This document shows positions 18,044-28,718 of a stretch of 55,604 bases of DNA, one piece after another. The notes under the pieces are model-generated. The model made no database searches, had not been told where the DNA came from, and saw nothing but the letters and a program-made list of their open reading frames with translations. Position 1 is the first letter of the stretch; every line of letters begins with the position of its first letter. Position numbers and translations under genes: made by a program. This DNA is from Fidelibacterota bacterium (lineage in GTDB: Bacteria; Fidelibacterota; Fidelibacteria; Fidelibacterales; DSDE01): the NCBI GenBank assembly GCA_046735395.1, contig JBJKQR010000034.1, positions 1 to 55,604 of the forward strand. Direction: 5' to 3'.

Positions 18044-21000
18044 TTATTTCAGGAAGAGCATCTTGTGGTGTGCGGTGAAGTTCGGAGAAATAAGCTGGTA
18101 GAAGTAGACACCGCTGGCGACCGTAGCGCCTCTGGCATCACGGCCGTTCCACTGCATTGTATAGAATCCGGCAGTCTGGTTCCCGTTCACCAGATCAACA
18201 ACCTTCTGTCCCATTGCATTGTAAATCGTCAGTTTCACGAATGCATTTTCGGGCAGATCGAAATTGATAGTAGTGGTCGGGTTGAAGGGGTTGGGATAGT
18301 TGTCATGCAGTGCATAATGTGTCGGCAGAATATTACCTTTGATATCTGTCTTGACGATGAATTCAACCGCTACGGAATCATTATCATCAAAGAATTTGAT
18401 TTTGTAGAGGCCATTTTCATTTGCCGTATAGGTGATATTATCATTGCTGCCGTAACCACCCGCACCATAGGCTTTGTAGGGGCTGGCGGGATTCCAGTCG
18501 AGTCCGACAGGAATCTTCAGCTCCACGGATCCGGCTTCCATAAGGACAGAGTCCGCGATCCACATATCGCCGTCACGAGTCATAACCGTCGCGGAGGTAT
18601 TCCAGCCATTGAAAGTACCTGCTGCGGAGAGCACCCAGTCCGTGGTGAGGGTCAGCGTATCGGTAGAGACAGGGTTTGCATCGGCGACAGAGAAATCGGC
18701 GCCGTTTGCAATCCAGGACTGATCACTGTTTTCAGCACCCAGCCACCAGCTGTAGGCCTGGCCCGCATTTGCAGCAAGGTAGGCGGTCCCGGTGAAGACA
18801 CCGTCGCCGTCGGCATCGGTCAGCTCAACCAGGTCTGTGCTCCAATTGCTGTCATAGGCGCCGTCATTATCCCAGCTTCCATTCACCCAGAATGAGCGGT
18901 AGGAGGCATCTCCGGGAACCTTGGCAGCAAGAGTCACTTCCGTCAGATTGCTGAAGTCATCCATGGTACGGGGCATGATCTGAACGGCATTATAATCACC
19001 GACAATACCCACAAGTCTTGATACCGGCCATGTCGGTTCCGCAGCGCCATCGCATTCTGAATCAGAATCGATGCGCAGCTGGAATTCCACACCATTGCTG
19101 GTACAGACGATCGTGGCACTGGAGGCAGCGCCGGGCCATGTTCCGCTGACCTTGTCCACATTGGTCAGGGCAACCAGCTGGCTTTCATAGGCTTCGCCAT
19201 CCAGGTCGGCGACAGTGACGGCAACCGGAGCAGGAATCGGATTTCCTGTGCTCAGGATTTCGCAGTATGTCACACTTCCGATTTCAACCAGGCCATTGTA
19301 GGGGCTCAGGCTGCCGAAGACGACAACGGAATCACCAACCGCAACTGAATCATAAGCAGTAGCATCATAAATGGCGATACCTGCCGTTTCATCCTGCATC
19401 ATGAAGGGATTGCCAAGACCTTTAACCGTTACAAGGCCTTTGACCGCGGCTTTTGTTCCGGAGGAAAGCGGACGTGCACTGGCAACGGATTGCGTCACGA
19501 TCGCAGATACTGTGACCTGGGCTTCATCCGTCGTGTTCAGGTCATCGGTCACTACAAGAGAGAAGACCATGTCCGTCGTTTCGGTCACATCAGCCGGAAG
19601 CGTTACAGTAATCACTGCATCCGTCGTAGAGCTGAGTGTTGCGGTCGGACCGGAAACCTGAGACCAGGTATAGGTCAGGCCGCTGCCGACGATAAATTCA
19701 GATTCACTACCATCCAGTGTGATGGCGGCACCGGGCAGGCCGGCCGTATCTCCGGTAATCTTGGCGCTGGGTCCCTTGGGAATCGGATGAACACCAAGGT
19801 AAGAGTAGGTGGCAACGGGGTAAATTTCCCATTCTGTATCATCGGCCGTTGTACCGGCAGAGGCGGCCCAATCGGTATTTCCGGTCCGGATCAGTTCTTT
19901 TCTCGACAGGGTATGGTCTGTCGTGGCATCTGCCACGCCGCCCACGGCCCAGCCGGTTCCGGGATCTGTTCCGATCACACCGATGATGTCAACGGCTTCA
20001 CTGTCAGACACGAAGAGGCCGTCGCCATTGAAGTCACGAGCCAGTACGATACAATCATTACCGGTGAAGATATTTACTCCGGCCAGGATCGAATCGACTT
20101 TACCCGTATTGATAACAGACTGAGCCATCAGTTCTGTTATAACAAAAACGTCTTTTGAGGCCAGTGTACCAACGAGTTTGATCGTATCCACCGGTGTAGC
20201 AGATCCGTCCATGTAGCGCAGGATGGCATAGTCTGCCAGGTCCATGGCGACTTTGGAAGGATTGTAGATTTCCAGGGCGTGATTGTTACCCGTTGATTCC
20301 ACATACTCGGAGATAAAAGCAGACGGGGCCACATATTTACCCGGATAAGCACCCAGATATATTCCGGTATTCTGAGGATAGACATCCCACTGACTGTCGT
20401 CCACGTTTGTACCGGCGGACAGTGCCCAGTCATAGGTTCCGCAGGTCACGGAAGCCTTGCGCACCAGCGTGAATTCGGAAGTTGCTCCGGCACCGCCGGC
20501 GACAGGCCAGTTCGTGCCCGGATCGCCATTGGTCAGACCGATGACATCCACAATGTCCTCGCCGTAAAAGATGGCGCGGGCATCATCACCATTATAGAAT
20601 ACCGTCTTATTGTCGTTATAGGTCAGAAATGTATCCTGAACTCCGGCATATTCGGGCAGGAAGGTATCGGTGGTGAGGACATAAACCTCGTTCGGGTCCA
20701 GAACCCGGTTCGGGAAATTAAAGGTACAGTAGCTCCAGTCATTTCCGCCATTGACTGTACCGCCAATGGTATAGTCTGCCAGATTAATGGGAGCACCGCT
20801 GATATTCGCGATTTCCAGAGCCTTGTTGTTGCTGCTGCCCTCGATGTATTCGGAAAAAATGAGGGACGGAGCCATATCGCGGAAGGGATAGTGGCCCAGA
20901 AACTTGATATTGTTCTGGGGAAAAACTCTCCACTGAGAATCTTCTTCACTGCTTCCAGCAGAGGCAACCCAGCTGGTGCAGCCGGTCTTGACGCTGTTCT

Positions 21001-22750
21001 TGCGGATAAGTGTGAATTCGGATGTAGCGCCGACACCGCCGGCTACCGGCCAGTTCGTGCCCGGATCACCATTGGTCAGACCGATGACATCCACGATGTT
21101 ATCACCGTGAAAAAGAGCTCTGGCATCATCACCATTGAAGGCAACGACCTTGTTGTCAGCATAGGCAACAAGCGTATCGGCAAGAGCCAGGAGAGAATCT
21201 CCGGCAGCATCATTCACCAGAATATAGGATGCGCCCGGCTTCAGGGAATCGGCCGGAAAATTGAAAACATCGTAATTCCAGTCGGAACCGCCGTTATAGG
21301 CACAATGGATGCTGTAATCGCCGAGGAACAGTGTCGAATCAGAACCATTGTAAACATCCAGAACCTTGTTGTTTCCGCTTCCCTCGATATATTCGGCGAA
21401 GAAGAGACCCGGTTCGGCTGTGACAATATTTTCCATGGCGCCGACAGCAACTGTTGTTGCGCCCGTATTGGCACCCCAGATTTCAGGATACCCGTCACCG
21501 TCCATGTCTTCAGTCATGCGCATACCATAAACGCCACTGAAAGTCGATGTCGTCAGCGGAGTGAGGGAAACCCAGTTCAGAGTATCCGTCGGATCTCCGC
21601 CCTGATATTCATTAACGGTAATATTCGATCCACCGCCGGAAGCGTAGATATCCATCTTGCCGTTTCCATCCCAGTCACCAAGCTGTGTACAGACACCGCC
21701 GGTTGTACCGGTTTTACCGATTTTATGAACGCTGTTTGCAATAGTCATGTCCTTCAGCTCTGTTCCAACCGGGCAGGTGATACAATACAGGGCCCCGCCG
21801 CTGTACATGGAAAGATACAGTTCGTCCCGGCCATCACTGTCCAGATCCTTAGGGATAACATCCCAGAACGCGAAATCATCAACACGATCAAGGTCGGCCT
21901 GAATATAATTCACAGTCGTGAATGTATCGGGTCCGGCAGCCTCGACGATAAACAGGGCACCCATATCCCAGGGTTCGAAAATGACTTCCTTGTTTCCGTC
22001 GCCGTCCATATCGCTGATGGCGGCACCATAGGGAGATCCGCCAGCAGGAAAGAGTGTGCTGGACTTGCCGTGGACATATTCGGTCTTGGTGCGGACCTTG
22101 CCGGAAGCAAAATCACCCGAATCCACGGAGCAGATATAAAAATTATCGAAAGAATTGACGGATCCGTTGTTGCCGAACATGATTTCTTCGACGCCATCGC
22201 CGTCCACATCACCGACCGTGAAATTTTCCACATACCAGCGGTCACCGACCACCAGGCCGTTCAGAAGCTGGACGGGAGCTCTCATGCTGTCGCCGACCAC
22301 ATCATATTCGTAGGCCCAGATACCGGCCAAAGCCTGGCTGGTTGAATTGACGCTCACGAGAAGTTCCTCTTCGCCATTGCCGTCCAGATCGCCGTACTTG
22401 GCATCCCGGACTGCAGACGAATAAGAAGATCCGAAGTCCCCCGTATCAAAGAAGAGGGATGCAGAGTTGTCGCCATCCACTTCGTAGACATAGGCCCGGC
22501 CGCCCACGCCGTAGGAAGCCAGAATCAGTTCTTTTTTTCCATCCTGGTCGAAATCACTTCCGGCCCACATGTCGCGAATAACTTCGCTGGAGCCCTTGGT
22601 TCCTACTCCGAAACCAAGAACAGAGGATGCCTTGACCATTCCGTGCATCTCGTCCCAGGTCGGGCTCAGAATGACGTCACCATCCTTGTCGGCTTTCGCG
22701 GCAAAGGACATTGCCGTGGCAACCAACAAAAGTGCTAACACTTTTTTCAT
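18044..22750 (-). CDS. Large secreted protein: FG-GAP/VCBS repeats, 3 lamin-tail domains, PKD/Ig, OB-fold-like and CBM-like modules, C-terminal FlgD-Ig sorting domain
   Basis: Signal peptide; repeated DxDGDG motifs; three F(S/A)EY(I/V)E..NN.(A/V)L(E/D) starts; YTWSQVSGP; NYPNPFNPTTTINFDLP..WNGRD..G..VASGVYFYQL; GGAGG SD. Confidence 0.88.
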   Translation of the reverse strand: MKKVLALLLVATAMSFAAKADKDGDVILSPTWDEMHGMVKASSVLGFGVGTKGSSEVIRDMWAGSDFDQDGKKELILASYGVGGRAYVYEVDGDNSASLFFDTGDFGSSYSSAVRDAKYGDLDGNGEEELLVSVNSTSQALAGIWAYEYDVVGDSMRAPVQLLNGLVVGDRWYVENFTVGDVDGDGVEEIMFGNNGSVNSFDNFYICSVDSGDFASGKVRTKTEYVHGKSSTLFPAGGSPYGAAISDMDGDGNKEVIFEPWDMGALFIVEAAGPDTFTTVNYIQADLDRVDDFAFWDVIPKDLDSDGRDELYLSMYSGGALYCITCPVGTELKDMTIANSVHKIGKTGTTGGVCTQLGDWDGNGKMDIYASGGGSNITVNEYQGGDPTDTLNWVSLTPLTTSTFSGVYGMRMTEDMDGDGYPEIWGANTGATTVAVGAMENIVTAEPGLFFAEYIEGSGNNKVLDVYNGSDSTLFLGDYSIHCAYNGGSDWNYDVFNFPADSLKPGASYILVNDAAGDSLLALADTLVAYADNKVVAFNGDDARALFHGDNIVDVIGLTNGDPGTNWPVAGGVGATSEFTLIRKNSVKTGCTSWVASAGSSEEDSQWRVFPQNNIKFLGHYPFRDMAPSLIFSEYIEGSSNNKALEIANISGAPINLADYTIGGTVNGGNDWSYCTFNFPNRVLDPNEVYVLTTDTFLPEYAGVQDTFLTYNDNKTVFYNGDDARAIFYGEDIVDVIGLTNGDPGTNWPVAGGAGATSEFTLVRKASVTCGTYDWALSAGTNVDDSQWDVYPQNTGIYLGAYPGKYVAPSAFISEYVESTGNNHALEIYNPSKVAMDLADYAILRYMDGSATPVDTIKLVGTLASKDVFVITELMAQSVINTGKVDSILAGVNIFTGNDCIVLARDFNGDGLFVSDSEAVDIIGVIGTDPGTGWAVGGVADATTDHTLSRKELIRTGNTDWAASAGTTADDTEWEIYPVATYSYLGVHPIPKGPSAKITGDTAGLPGAAITLDGSESEFIVGSGLTYTWSQVSGPTATLSSTTDAVITVTLPADVTETTDMVFSLVVTDDLNTTDEAQVTVSAIVTQSVASARPLSSGTKAAVKGLVTVKGLGNPFMMQDETAGIAIYDATAYDSVAVGDSVVVFGSLSPYNGLVEIGSVTYCEILSTGNPIPAPVAVTVADLDGEAYESQLVALTNVDKVSGTWPGAASSATIVCTSNGVEFQLRIDSDSECDGAAEPTWPVSRLVGIVGDYNAVQIMPRTMDDFSNLTEVTLAAKVPGDASYRSFWVNGSWDNDGAYDSNWSTDLVELTDADGDGVFTGTAYLAANAGQAYSWWLGAENSDQSWIANGADFSVADANPVSTDTLTLTTDWVLSAAGTFNGWNTSATVMTRDGDMWIADSVLMEAGSVELKIPVGLDWNPASPYKAYGAGGYGSNDNITYTANENGLYKIKFFDDNDSVAVEFIVKTDIKGNILPTHYALHDNYPNPFNPTTTINFDLPENAFVKLTIYNAMGQKVVDLVNGNQTAGFYTMQWNGRDARGATVASGVYFYQLISPNFTAHHKMLFLK
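20505..21099. repeat. Intragenic direct repeat: 52-bp copies at 20505-20556 and 21048-21099 (2 mismatches)
   Basis: GGCCAGTTCGTGCCCGGATC(G/A)CCATTGGTCAGACCGATGACATCCAC(A/G)ATGT; offset 543 bp = 181 codons (LTD duplication). Confidence 0.9.
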
Positions 22751-23172
22751 AATACCTCCACGTTTATCTGTTGTGTATCGTTCTCACTCAAAGGCAGAAA
22801 CTCCGGGGCTCTGTGCCCGTTGCGGGGGAGCCGGAGCCATTTACAATTCCTCTGATCGTAATACATGATGAGTGCTGTGTGCAACATTCCTGAATTTTTA
22901 AAGCGTCTATTCTATAGTTTTTGTTTTCTTCTTTCAGCGTTCAGCCTCTTCGATAAAAACAGGGAATACCAGCACAGTGCTCGGCCTTTGAACGATGTGC
23001 CGGCTGAACCAAAATAATTAATCAGCATTCTTCCTCCCGTGTGACATATTATTCAATTTCCCCGCCGTTGTCCACAATTAATTACTGATATTTTGTTAGG
23101 ATTTGGTTTTTTCCGATCCGGAACAGGCATTTATCAATTTAATAAAGCATTGTGGTTTCGTAAATTCAGGGA

Positions 23173-24507
23173 ATGGAAACCGGCAATCTTTTTGCGTCAA
23201 AAGAAGACAATCTTCCGCCGCTGGCTGTCCGGATGAGGCCAACGCTGCTGTCCGACCATCTCGGGCAGGAGCATCTGACGGGCGACGGACGCTTTATTCA
23301 CAGCAGCTGGCAGCAGGGCCGCCTCTATTCCCTGATTCTCTGGGGCCCGCCCGGCAGCGGCAAAACCTCTCTTGCCCGTCTCCTTGCCTCCGGCGAAAAC
23401 ATCCGTTTCTTTGAACTGAGCGCCGTCACCGGCACCGTGAAGGATGTGCGGGAAATTATTGAAAAGGGTAAACGGCAGCGGGAACTGGGTTTTCGCACCG
23501 TTCTCTTTCTCGATGAAATTCATCGTTTCAATAAGGCGCAGCAGGATGCATTGCTGCCGGCCGTCGAAAACGGCAGCCTGATCCTGATCGGAGCCACGAC
23601 CGAAAATCCGTCCTTTCAGGTCATTTCTCCCCTGCTCAGCCGATGCCGGGTCCTCCGCCTCAACGCCCTGCCCGCCGACGCGCTGAACCGCATCCTCGAC
23701 AGAGCGGTCCGCCAGGATATTCTCCTGTCCCGGTATGAAATACAGCTCTCTGATGAAGACCGGTCATTTCTGATTGAAAGCTGCGGCGGAGATGCCCGAA
23801 AGCTCCTGAATACGCTGGATATTTCTGTAAACATGCTGATCAGCCAGAATCCCGGGTCCGGATCACTGGACCTGAACCGGTCCGTGATTCTCACGGCCCT
23901 GCAGGAAAAAAAGCTTCTCTATGACCGGAACGGAGATTACCATTATGATACGATTTCCGCTTTTATAAAAAGCGTCCGCGGGACTGACCCGGATGCGGCG
24001 GTCTACTGGCTGGCCGTTATGCTGGAAGGCGGGGAAGATCCGGTATTCATTGCCCGCCGGCTCATCATTCTCGCCTCGGAAGATATCGGCAATGCAGAAC
24101 CGTTTGCCCTCACTCTGGCCGTCAGCACCCTGCAGGCCGTCCAGGCCATCGGCATGCCGGAAGCCATGATCACGCTGGCCCAGGCTACATCCTACCTGGC
24201 CTCCGCACCGAAGAGCAATGCGGCCTACATGGCCATCCGCGCAGCAACGCAGCTTGTGCGGGAAAAAGGAAGTCAGCCCGTGCCGCTTCATCTGCGCAAC
24301 GCGCCCACGGATCTGATGAAACAGCATCAGTACGGCCTGGGATACCGCTATCCACATGATGAAGGCGGCTTTTCCCATCAGAATTATTTGCCCGAATCCC
24401 TGGAATCCAACGTACCCTTTTACCGGCCGACTCCCCGGGGATATGAAAAATTTATTCGAGACCGACTGAAAACACTCTGGCCCGAACGATTCGAATCAGG
24501 AGACTGA
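23173..24507 (+). CDS. rarA: Replication-associated recombination protein A (MgsA/RarA)
   Basis: [72 protein letters not shown]. Confidence 0.96.
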   Translation: METGNLFASKEDNLPPLAVRMRPTLLSDHLGQEHLTGDGRFIHSSWQQGRLYSLILWGPPGSGKTSLARLLASGENIRFFELSAVTGTVKDVREIIEKGKRQRELGFRTVLFLDEIHRFNKAQQDALLPAVENGSLILIGATTENPSFQVISPLLSRCRVLRLNALPADALNRILDRAVRQDILLSRYEIQLSDEDRSFLIESCGGDARKLLNTLDISVNMLISQNPGSGSLDLNRSVILTALQEKKLLYDRNGDYHYDTISAFIKSVRGTDPDAAVYWLAVMLEGGEDPVFIARRLIILASEDIGNAEPFALTLAVSTLQAVQAIGMPEAMITLAQATSYLASAPKSNAAYMAIRAATQLVREKGSQPVPLHLRNAPTDLMKQHQYGLGYRYPHDEGGFSHQNYLPESLESNVPFYRPTPRGYEKFIRDRLKTLWPERFESGD

Positions 24508-24541
24508 TCTGATAACCAGATTCCGGATACAGCACCTGTGC

Positions 24542-27500
24542 ATGATCGCCCTGATCAGCGCGCCACTGGCGGCGGCTGTCGAGCCCCTGCAGCTGCTTCA
24601 GGCAAAAACGCTGAACTACGTCACAAAAAGCGACAGCTCCTATGTTCATCTCGTGGGCGATGTACGCTTCCGGAAGGGAAACATCCTCATCAACAGCGAT
24701 GAAGCCTTTCATTATGAAGACAAGGGCCTGCTCATTCTCGAAAAGCATGTCGACATCCGCGATGAGCAGAATCGCTTCTCGGGCGACCGCATCCTCTACC
24801 GTACACGAAGCGATGAACTGAGTATTCCCGGACGCTCCCGCACCGAATTCAACGGACGGGTGCTCCATGCAGACCGGCTGAAAGCAGATCTGGAAAATGA
24901 CCATTTTACCGCTCTTTCGAATGTTTTTCTTCAGGACAGCACGCGCACCATCATCTGTGACACCCTTCATTACTATGACCGGGACGAAAGCGCCGATATT
25001 CTCGGCCATGCCGTGATCCGGGACAGCACGGAAAACAGCGTGTTTTCCTCAGATAAATTTTACTACAGCATGAAGGACAATCTTCTCAGGTCTCTGAAAC
25101 GGGGAGAAATCACCCGGCTTGACAGCACCGGGCAGACGATTTTCACGCTGGTCGCCGACAGCATCCAAACGCTTACGCAGGAAAATATTTTCATTGCCAC
25201 CGATTCCGTGATTCTTCATCAGGACAGCCTGGAAGCCCGCTGTGACAGCTTCTATTTTTCCGGGGACGATCAGCAGGGATCTCTGCACCAGAACCCCCGC
25301 ATCCGTCAGCAGGATGCCTCCCTCCGCGGGAAGGACATCTTTATCGGCTTTCGTGACAATGAAATCCACGATCTGGAAATCGTGGGAAATGCCCGCATGG
25401 AAAACACCGACACCGGATATCTCCGCCAGGACAGCTCCCGGATTTCCCGGACCAGCTATCTGACGGGACTGCGGCTGCTCGGAAGCCTCGAAAACCGGCA
25501 ACTGTCCCGAATCCGCATGGAAGGAATGGCCAGCTCAAATTACCACGTCTTCGAGGATTCGGTCTACCAGGGCCTGAATTCCAGCAGCGGCGACACGGTT
25601 GTCATGGACTTTGACGACGGCGCCCTGAAGGAAATATCCATCCTGGCCGGAGCGCGGGGAACCTACTTCCCGAATCACGCCGCCGTTACCATGGACACCA
25701 CCCTCACTTACAGCTCCGACAATATTTATTACCGTCTGGACAACCGCCAGACCCGACTGGCGAAAAATTCCGTCCTGGTCTTCGGCGACCTGACGCTCCG
25801 GGCGGATACGATTCGCGTCAACTGGAATGAAAATCTGCTCTACGCACTGCCGGAAGTTACCGACACCGGCCTGGTACATTTCCCCGAGATGGAGCAGAAG
25901 GGAGACCGGCCCCTGGTGGGTGATGAGCTCATTTATAATCTGAAAACGCGCCGCGGAAAAATCGTCGAGGGCCGCACCCAGTATGATGACGGCTATTATC
26001 AGGGAGAGAATATTCTCAATCGGGACAACAAGGCCTTTTTTGTCAAGGACGGCAAATACAGCACCTGCGACCAGCGTCAGCCCCATTTCTGGATCGAAAG
26101 CCGGAGAATGAAGCTCATTCCCCAGGACAAGGTTTTCGCCCAGCCACTGATTCTGAAAATTCACGGAATTCCCGTTTTTGCCCTGCCCTTCGGCTTTTTC
26201 CCGGCTCATGGCGGAGGAAGGCAGAGCGGCTGGATCATGCCTTCCTACGGATACCGCGCCGCCAGCGGGCGTTTTCTCCGGAACGGGGGCTATTACTGGG
26301 CACCGAGCGATTATTTCGACACCCGCATGCTTCTGAATTTTTACGACAAATGGGGGATTCTGGCCAATTCCAATACCCGATATGCGTTGCGGTATCAATT
26401 GAACGGCAACATCAGTTTCAAATACAAGCGCTACTTCCTTGATGACAACAACAGCACCAGTTACGATATAAATGTACTGCACGCCCAGACCATGGGAAAA
26501 AACAGCCGGCTCAGCATCAGCGGCCGTTACACGAACGACCGTTCTTTTTATAACACGACCGGCGTCACCCTTGACGAACGGCTGAACCAGAAACTTATCA
26601 GCAACGCTACCTACAGCACGCGCTTCGGGCCCTTTTCCTTCTCCGCCAACCTGTCCCGCACCGAAGACCTCATTACAGGGAATGTATCATCGACCCTGCC
26701 GAATATCAGCCTTTCAAAAGGCATCGCCCCACTGTTCAAGGCAAAAAGCAGCTCGGCCCCGACCAAATGGTATAACGACCTGACCTACAATATAAACTCC
26801 CGCCTCACCAACACCTACTCCAGCACGCTGCAGCCCGATTCCAGCTTTCTGGAAACCCGTAAAAACGGCCTGATCAGTACGGCATCCCTCCAGCTCAAGC
26901 GAAAAGTCTTTAAATTCCTGTCTCTGACGCCCAGCCTGAATTATAAGGACGGACTGGTTTATAAATACAAACAGCCGGTCCTTGTCGACAATATTGTACA
27001 GCGGGATGCCAGCGGATCCATCATGCTGGAAGAGGTTCCGGACATCAAACACCGGGGAACGTATGACTTCAGCACCTCCGCGTCCACCAAGCTCTATGGA
27101 ATTTTCAGGCTGAACATGGGGAAATTGCTGGCTATCCGCCATGTCCTGTCCCCGTCTCTGACCTACCAGTACACCCCGGACTTTTCCCGGAATGAAAATT
27201 ATGTGTTTCACGGTGCAGACAGCAGCGGCAAGGCTGTCAGCTACGACTATTTCCGGGACAGCTCCATCGGCGCCACCAGCAGCAACCAGAGCCAGGTTCT
27301 GAGCTACAGTATCGGAAATCAGTTCGCTGCAAAAATTCAGGGGAAAAAGGATAAGCCGAACAAATATGATTTTCTGACGCTCTCTTTCAGCGGATCCTAT
27401 AATATGACCGCCGATTCCTTGCGCCTGTCTCCCGTCAGCCTGAGCTACCGGGCCTCGAAACTGCCGGGAAATCTGCAGTTCAATGGATCTTTCCATTACG

Positions 27501-27997
27501 ATCCCTACCGCTACGACACCGTCAGTAACCGCCGTGTCAATACCCTGCTGCCCTTTCCCCGGCTCACCTTCTTTTCCTTCGACACGGGTTTTCAGCTGAA
27601 GGACGGGAAGGAGGCCTCCGCAGAGACCCGCCGGGACAGCACTCAGGCCGCCGCGGGCCGGGCCTTCAGTCAATGGTCCGCGGGCATCGGAATCCGCTAC
27701 AGTTATTCCGCGTCCAACCCAACTCTGCCCAACCGCAATCTGACCATTGACGGAAATTTTTCCGCCCATCTGACCCCGGGCTGGAAAATCAGCTATCGGG
27801 CCAATTTTGATCTTGTGGAACAGCGTCTCACCTATCACAATCTGGTTCTGGACCGCGATCTCCACTGCTGGACCTTCAAGTTCACCTGGACGCCCAGCGG
27901 CCCCGGTGCCAGCTATTATCTGCTGATTCAGGTAAAAGCCCCCACCCTGAAGGATCTGAAGGTTGAGGAACGAAGCGGACGGTCCGTTTATTACTGA
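24542..27997 (+). CDS. lptD: LPS-assembly protein LptD with a greatly extended OstA/LptA-like N-terminus
   Basis: Repeated beta-jellyroll strands (LxADSI-type), GKYSTCD..PHF, GRFLRNGGYYWA, RDLHCW.FKFTW.P, APTLKDLK; the true start may be slightly upstream. Confidence 0.85.
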   Translation: MIALISAPLAAAVEPLQLLQAKTLNYVTKSDSSYVHLVGDVRFRKGNILINSDEAFHYEDKGLLILEKHVDIRDEQNRFSGDRILYRTRSDELSIPGRSRTEFNGRVLHADRLKADLENDHFTALSNVFLQDSTRTIICDTLHYYDRDESADILGHAVIRDSTENSVFSSDKFYYSMKDNLLRSLKRGEITRLDSTGQTIFTLVADSIQTLTQENIFIATDSVILHQDSLEARCDSFYFSGDDQQGSLHQNPRIRQQDASLRGKDIFIGFRDNEIHDLEIVGNARMENTDTGYLRQDSSRISRTSYLTGLRLLGSLENRQLSRIRMEGMASSNYHVFEDSVYQGLNSSSGDTVVMDFDDGALKEISILAGARGTYFPNHAAVTMDTTLTYSSDNIYYRLDNRQTRLAKNSVLVFGDLTLRADTIRVNWNENLLYALPEVTDTGLVHFPEMEQKGDRPLVGDELIYNLKTRRGKIVEGRTQYDDGYYQGENILNRDNKAFFVKDGKYSTCDQRQPHFWIESRRMKLIPQDKVFAQPLILKIHGIPVFALPFGFFPAHGGGRQSGWIMPSYGYRAASGRFLRNGGYYWAPSDYFDTRMLLNFYDKWGILANSNTRYALRYQLNGNISFKYKRYFLDDNNSTSYDINVLHAQTMGKNSRLSISGRYTNDRSFYNTTGVTLDERLNQKLISNATYSTRFGPFSFSANLSRTEDLITGNVSSTLPNISLSKGIAPLFKAKSSSAPTKWYNDLTYNINSRLTNTYSSTLQPDSSFLETRKNGLISTASLQLKRKVFKFLSLTPSLNYKDGLVYKYKQPVLVDNIVQRDASGSIMLEEVPDIKHRGTYDFSTSASTKLYGIFRLNMGKLLAIRHVLSPSLTYQYTPDFSRNENYVFHGADSSGKAVSYDYFRDSSIGATSSNQSQVLSYSIGNQFAAKIQGKKDKPNKYDFLTLSFSGSYNMTADSLRLSPVSLSYRASKLPGNLQFNGSFHYDPYRYDTVSNRRVNTLLPFPRLTFFSFDTGFQLKDGKEASAETRRDSTQAAAGRAFSQWSAGIGIRYSYSASNPTLPNRNLTIDGNFSAHLTPGWKISYRANFDLVEQRLTYHNLVLDRDLHCWTFKFTWTPSGPGASYYLLIQVKAPTLKDLKVEERSGRSVYY

Positions 27998-28100
27998 TCC
28001 GGGCCCGGCGAAAACCGCCGATTATCCGGCCCGCAAGTCTCTCTGGTTTATGCGCTGTGGTTTTCATATATTCCGAACATGAACGAAAGAAGCAAAGCCT

Positions 28101-28598
28101 ATGATAAATAAAGTGTTTTCGCTGCTGACCTGGATCATTCTCGTTGTGGGCTTCATCGCCATACAGTTTATACCCGTCCAAACGGTCAATCCCCCGGTAA
28201 CAGAGACCGTTCCTCTGAACGAAGATGTGGAAGTCATTCTGAAGAAAGCCTGCTTTGACTGTCACAGCAACGAAACCCGCTATCCCTGGTATGCCCACGT
28301 TGCGCCGGTCAGCTTTCTGCTCCGGCACCATATCCGGGAAGCACGCTCTTATGTCAATTTTTCGACATGGGATGTCTATCCTCAGGAAAAGAGACAGGAA
28401 CTTCTCTCTGAAGTCATTGACGTCGTATCACGGAATGATATGCCGCTTTTTTCCTACACGCTGATTCACCAGAGTGCCAAGCTGAATGAAGTGGAAAAGG
28501 ATATACTCATTCGCTGGGCAGGGGAAATAAAAACCTTTATTCCTTCTTCAATGTCCGACCCGGAATCTTTCGGGAACGGAAAAAGTATGGGAAACTGA
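28101..28598 (+). CDS. Haem-binding (Haem_bd) c-type cytochrome domain protein
   Basis: N-terminal TM; ACFDCHSNET.YPWY..VAPVS, NFS.W, MP..SY...H. Confidence 0.88.
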   Translation: MINKVFSLLTWIILVVGFIAIQFIPVQTVNPPVTETVPLNEDVEVILKKACFDCHSNETRYPWYAHVAPVSFLLRHHIREARSYVNFSTWDVYPQEKRQELLSEVIDVVSRNDMPLFSYTLIHQSAKLNEVEKDILIRWAGEIKTFIPSSMSDPESFGNGKSMGN

Positions 28599-28718
28599 CC
28601 GGCCGTCGCTGAACCGTATCAGGCGGCAGAACGCCAGAAAGAACCGGCCGGAACTAATTAGCTGTGAGCTATAAATTTCATTTGTAAAGACAAGCACCCT
28701 TTTCACCGTCAGGAGACC

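Noticed and set aside
20891..22345. 484-aa plus-strand ORF opposite the secreted protein
   Set aside because: Antisense shadow of a strongly codon-biased gene; no motifs
23068..23076. TTGTCCACA near-DnaA box upstream of rarA (also a perfect box at 47483-47491 inside a gene)
   Set aside because: Isolated 9-mers are expected by chance; no clustering
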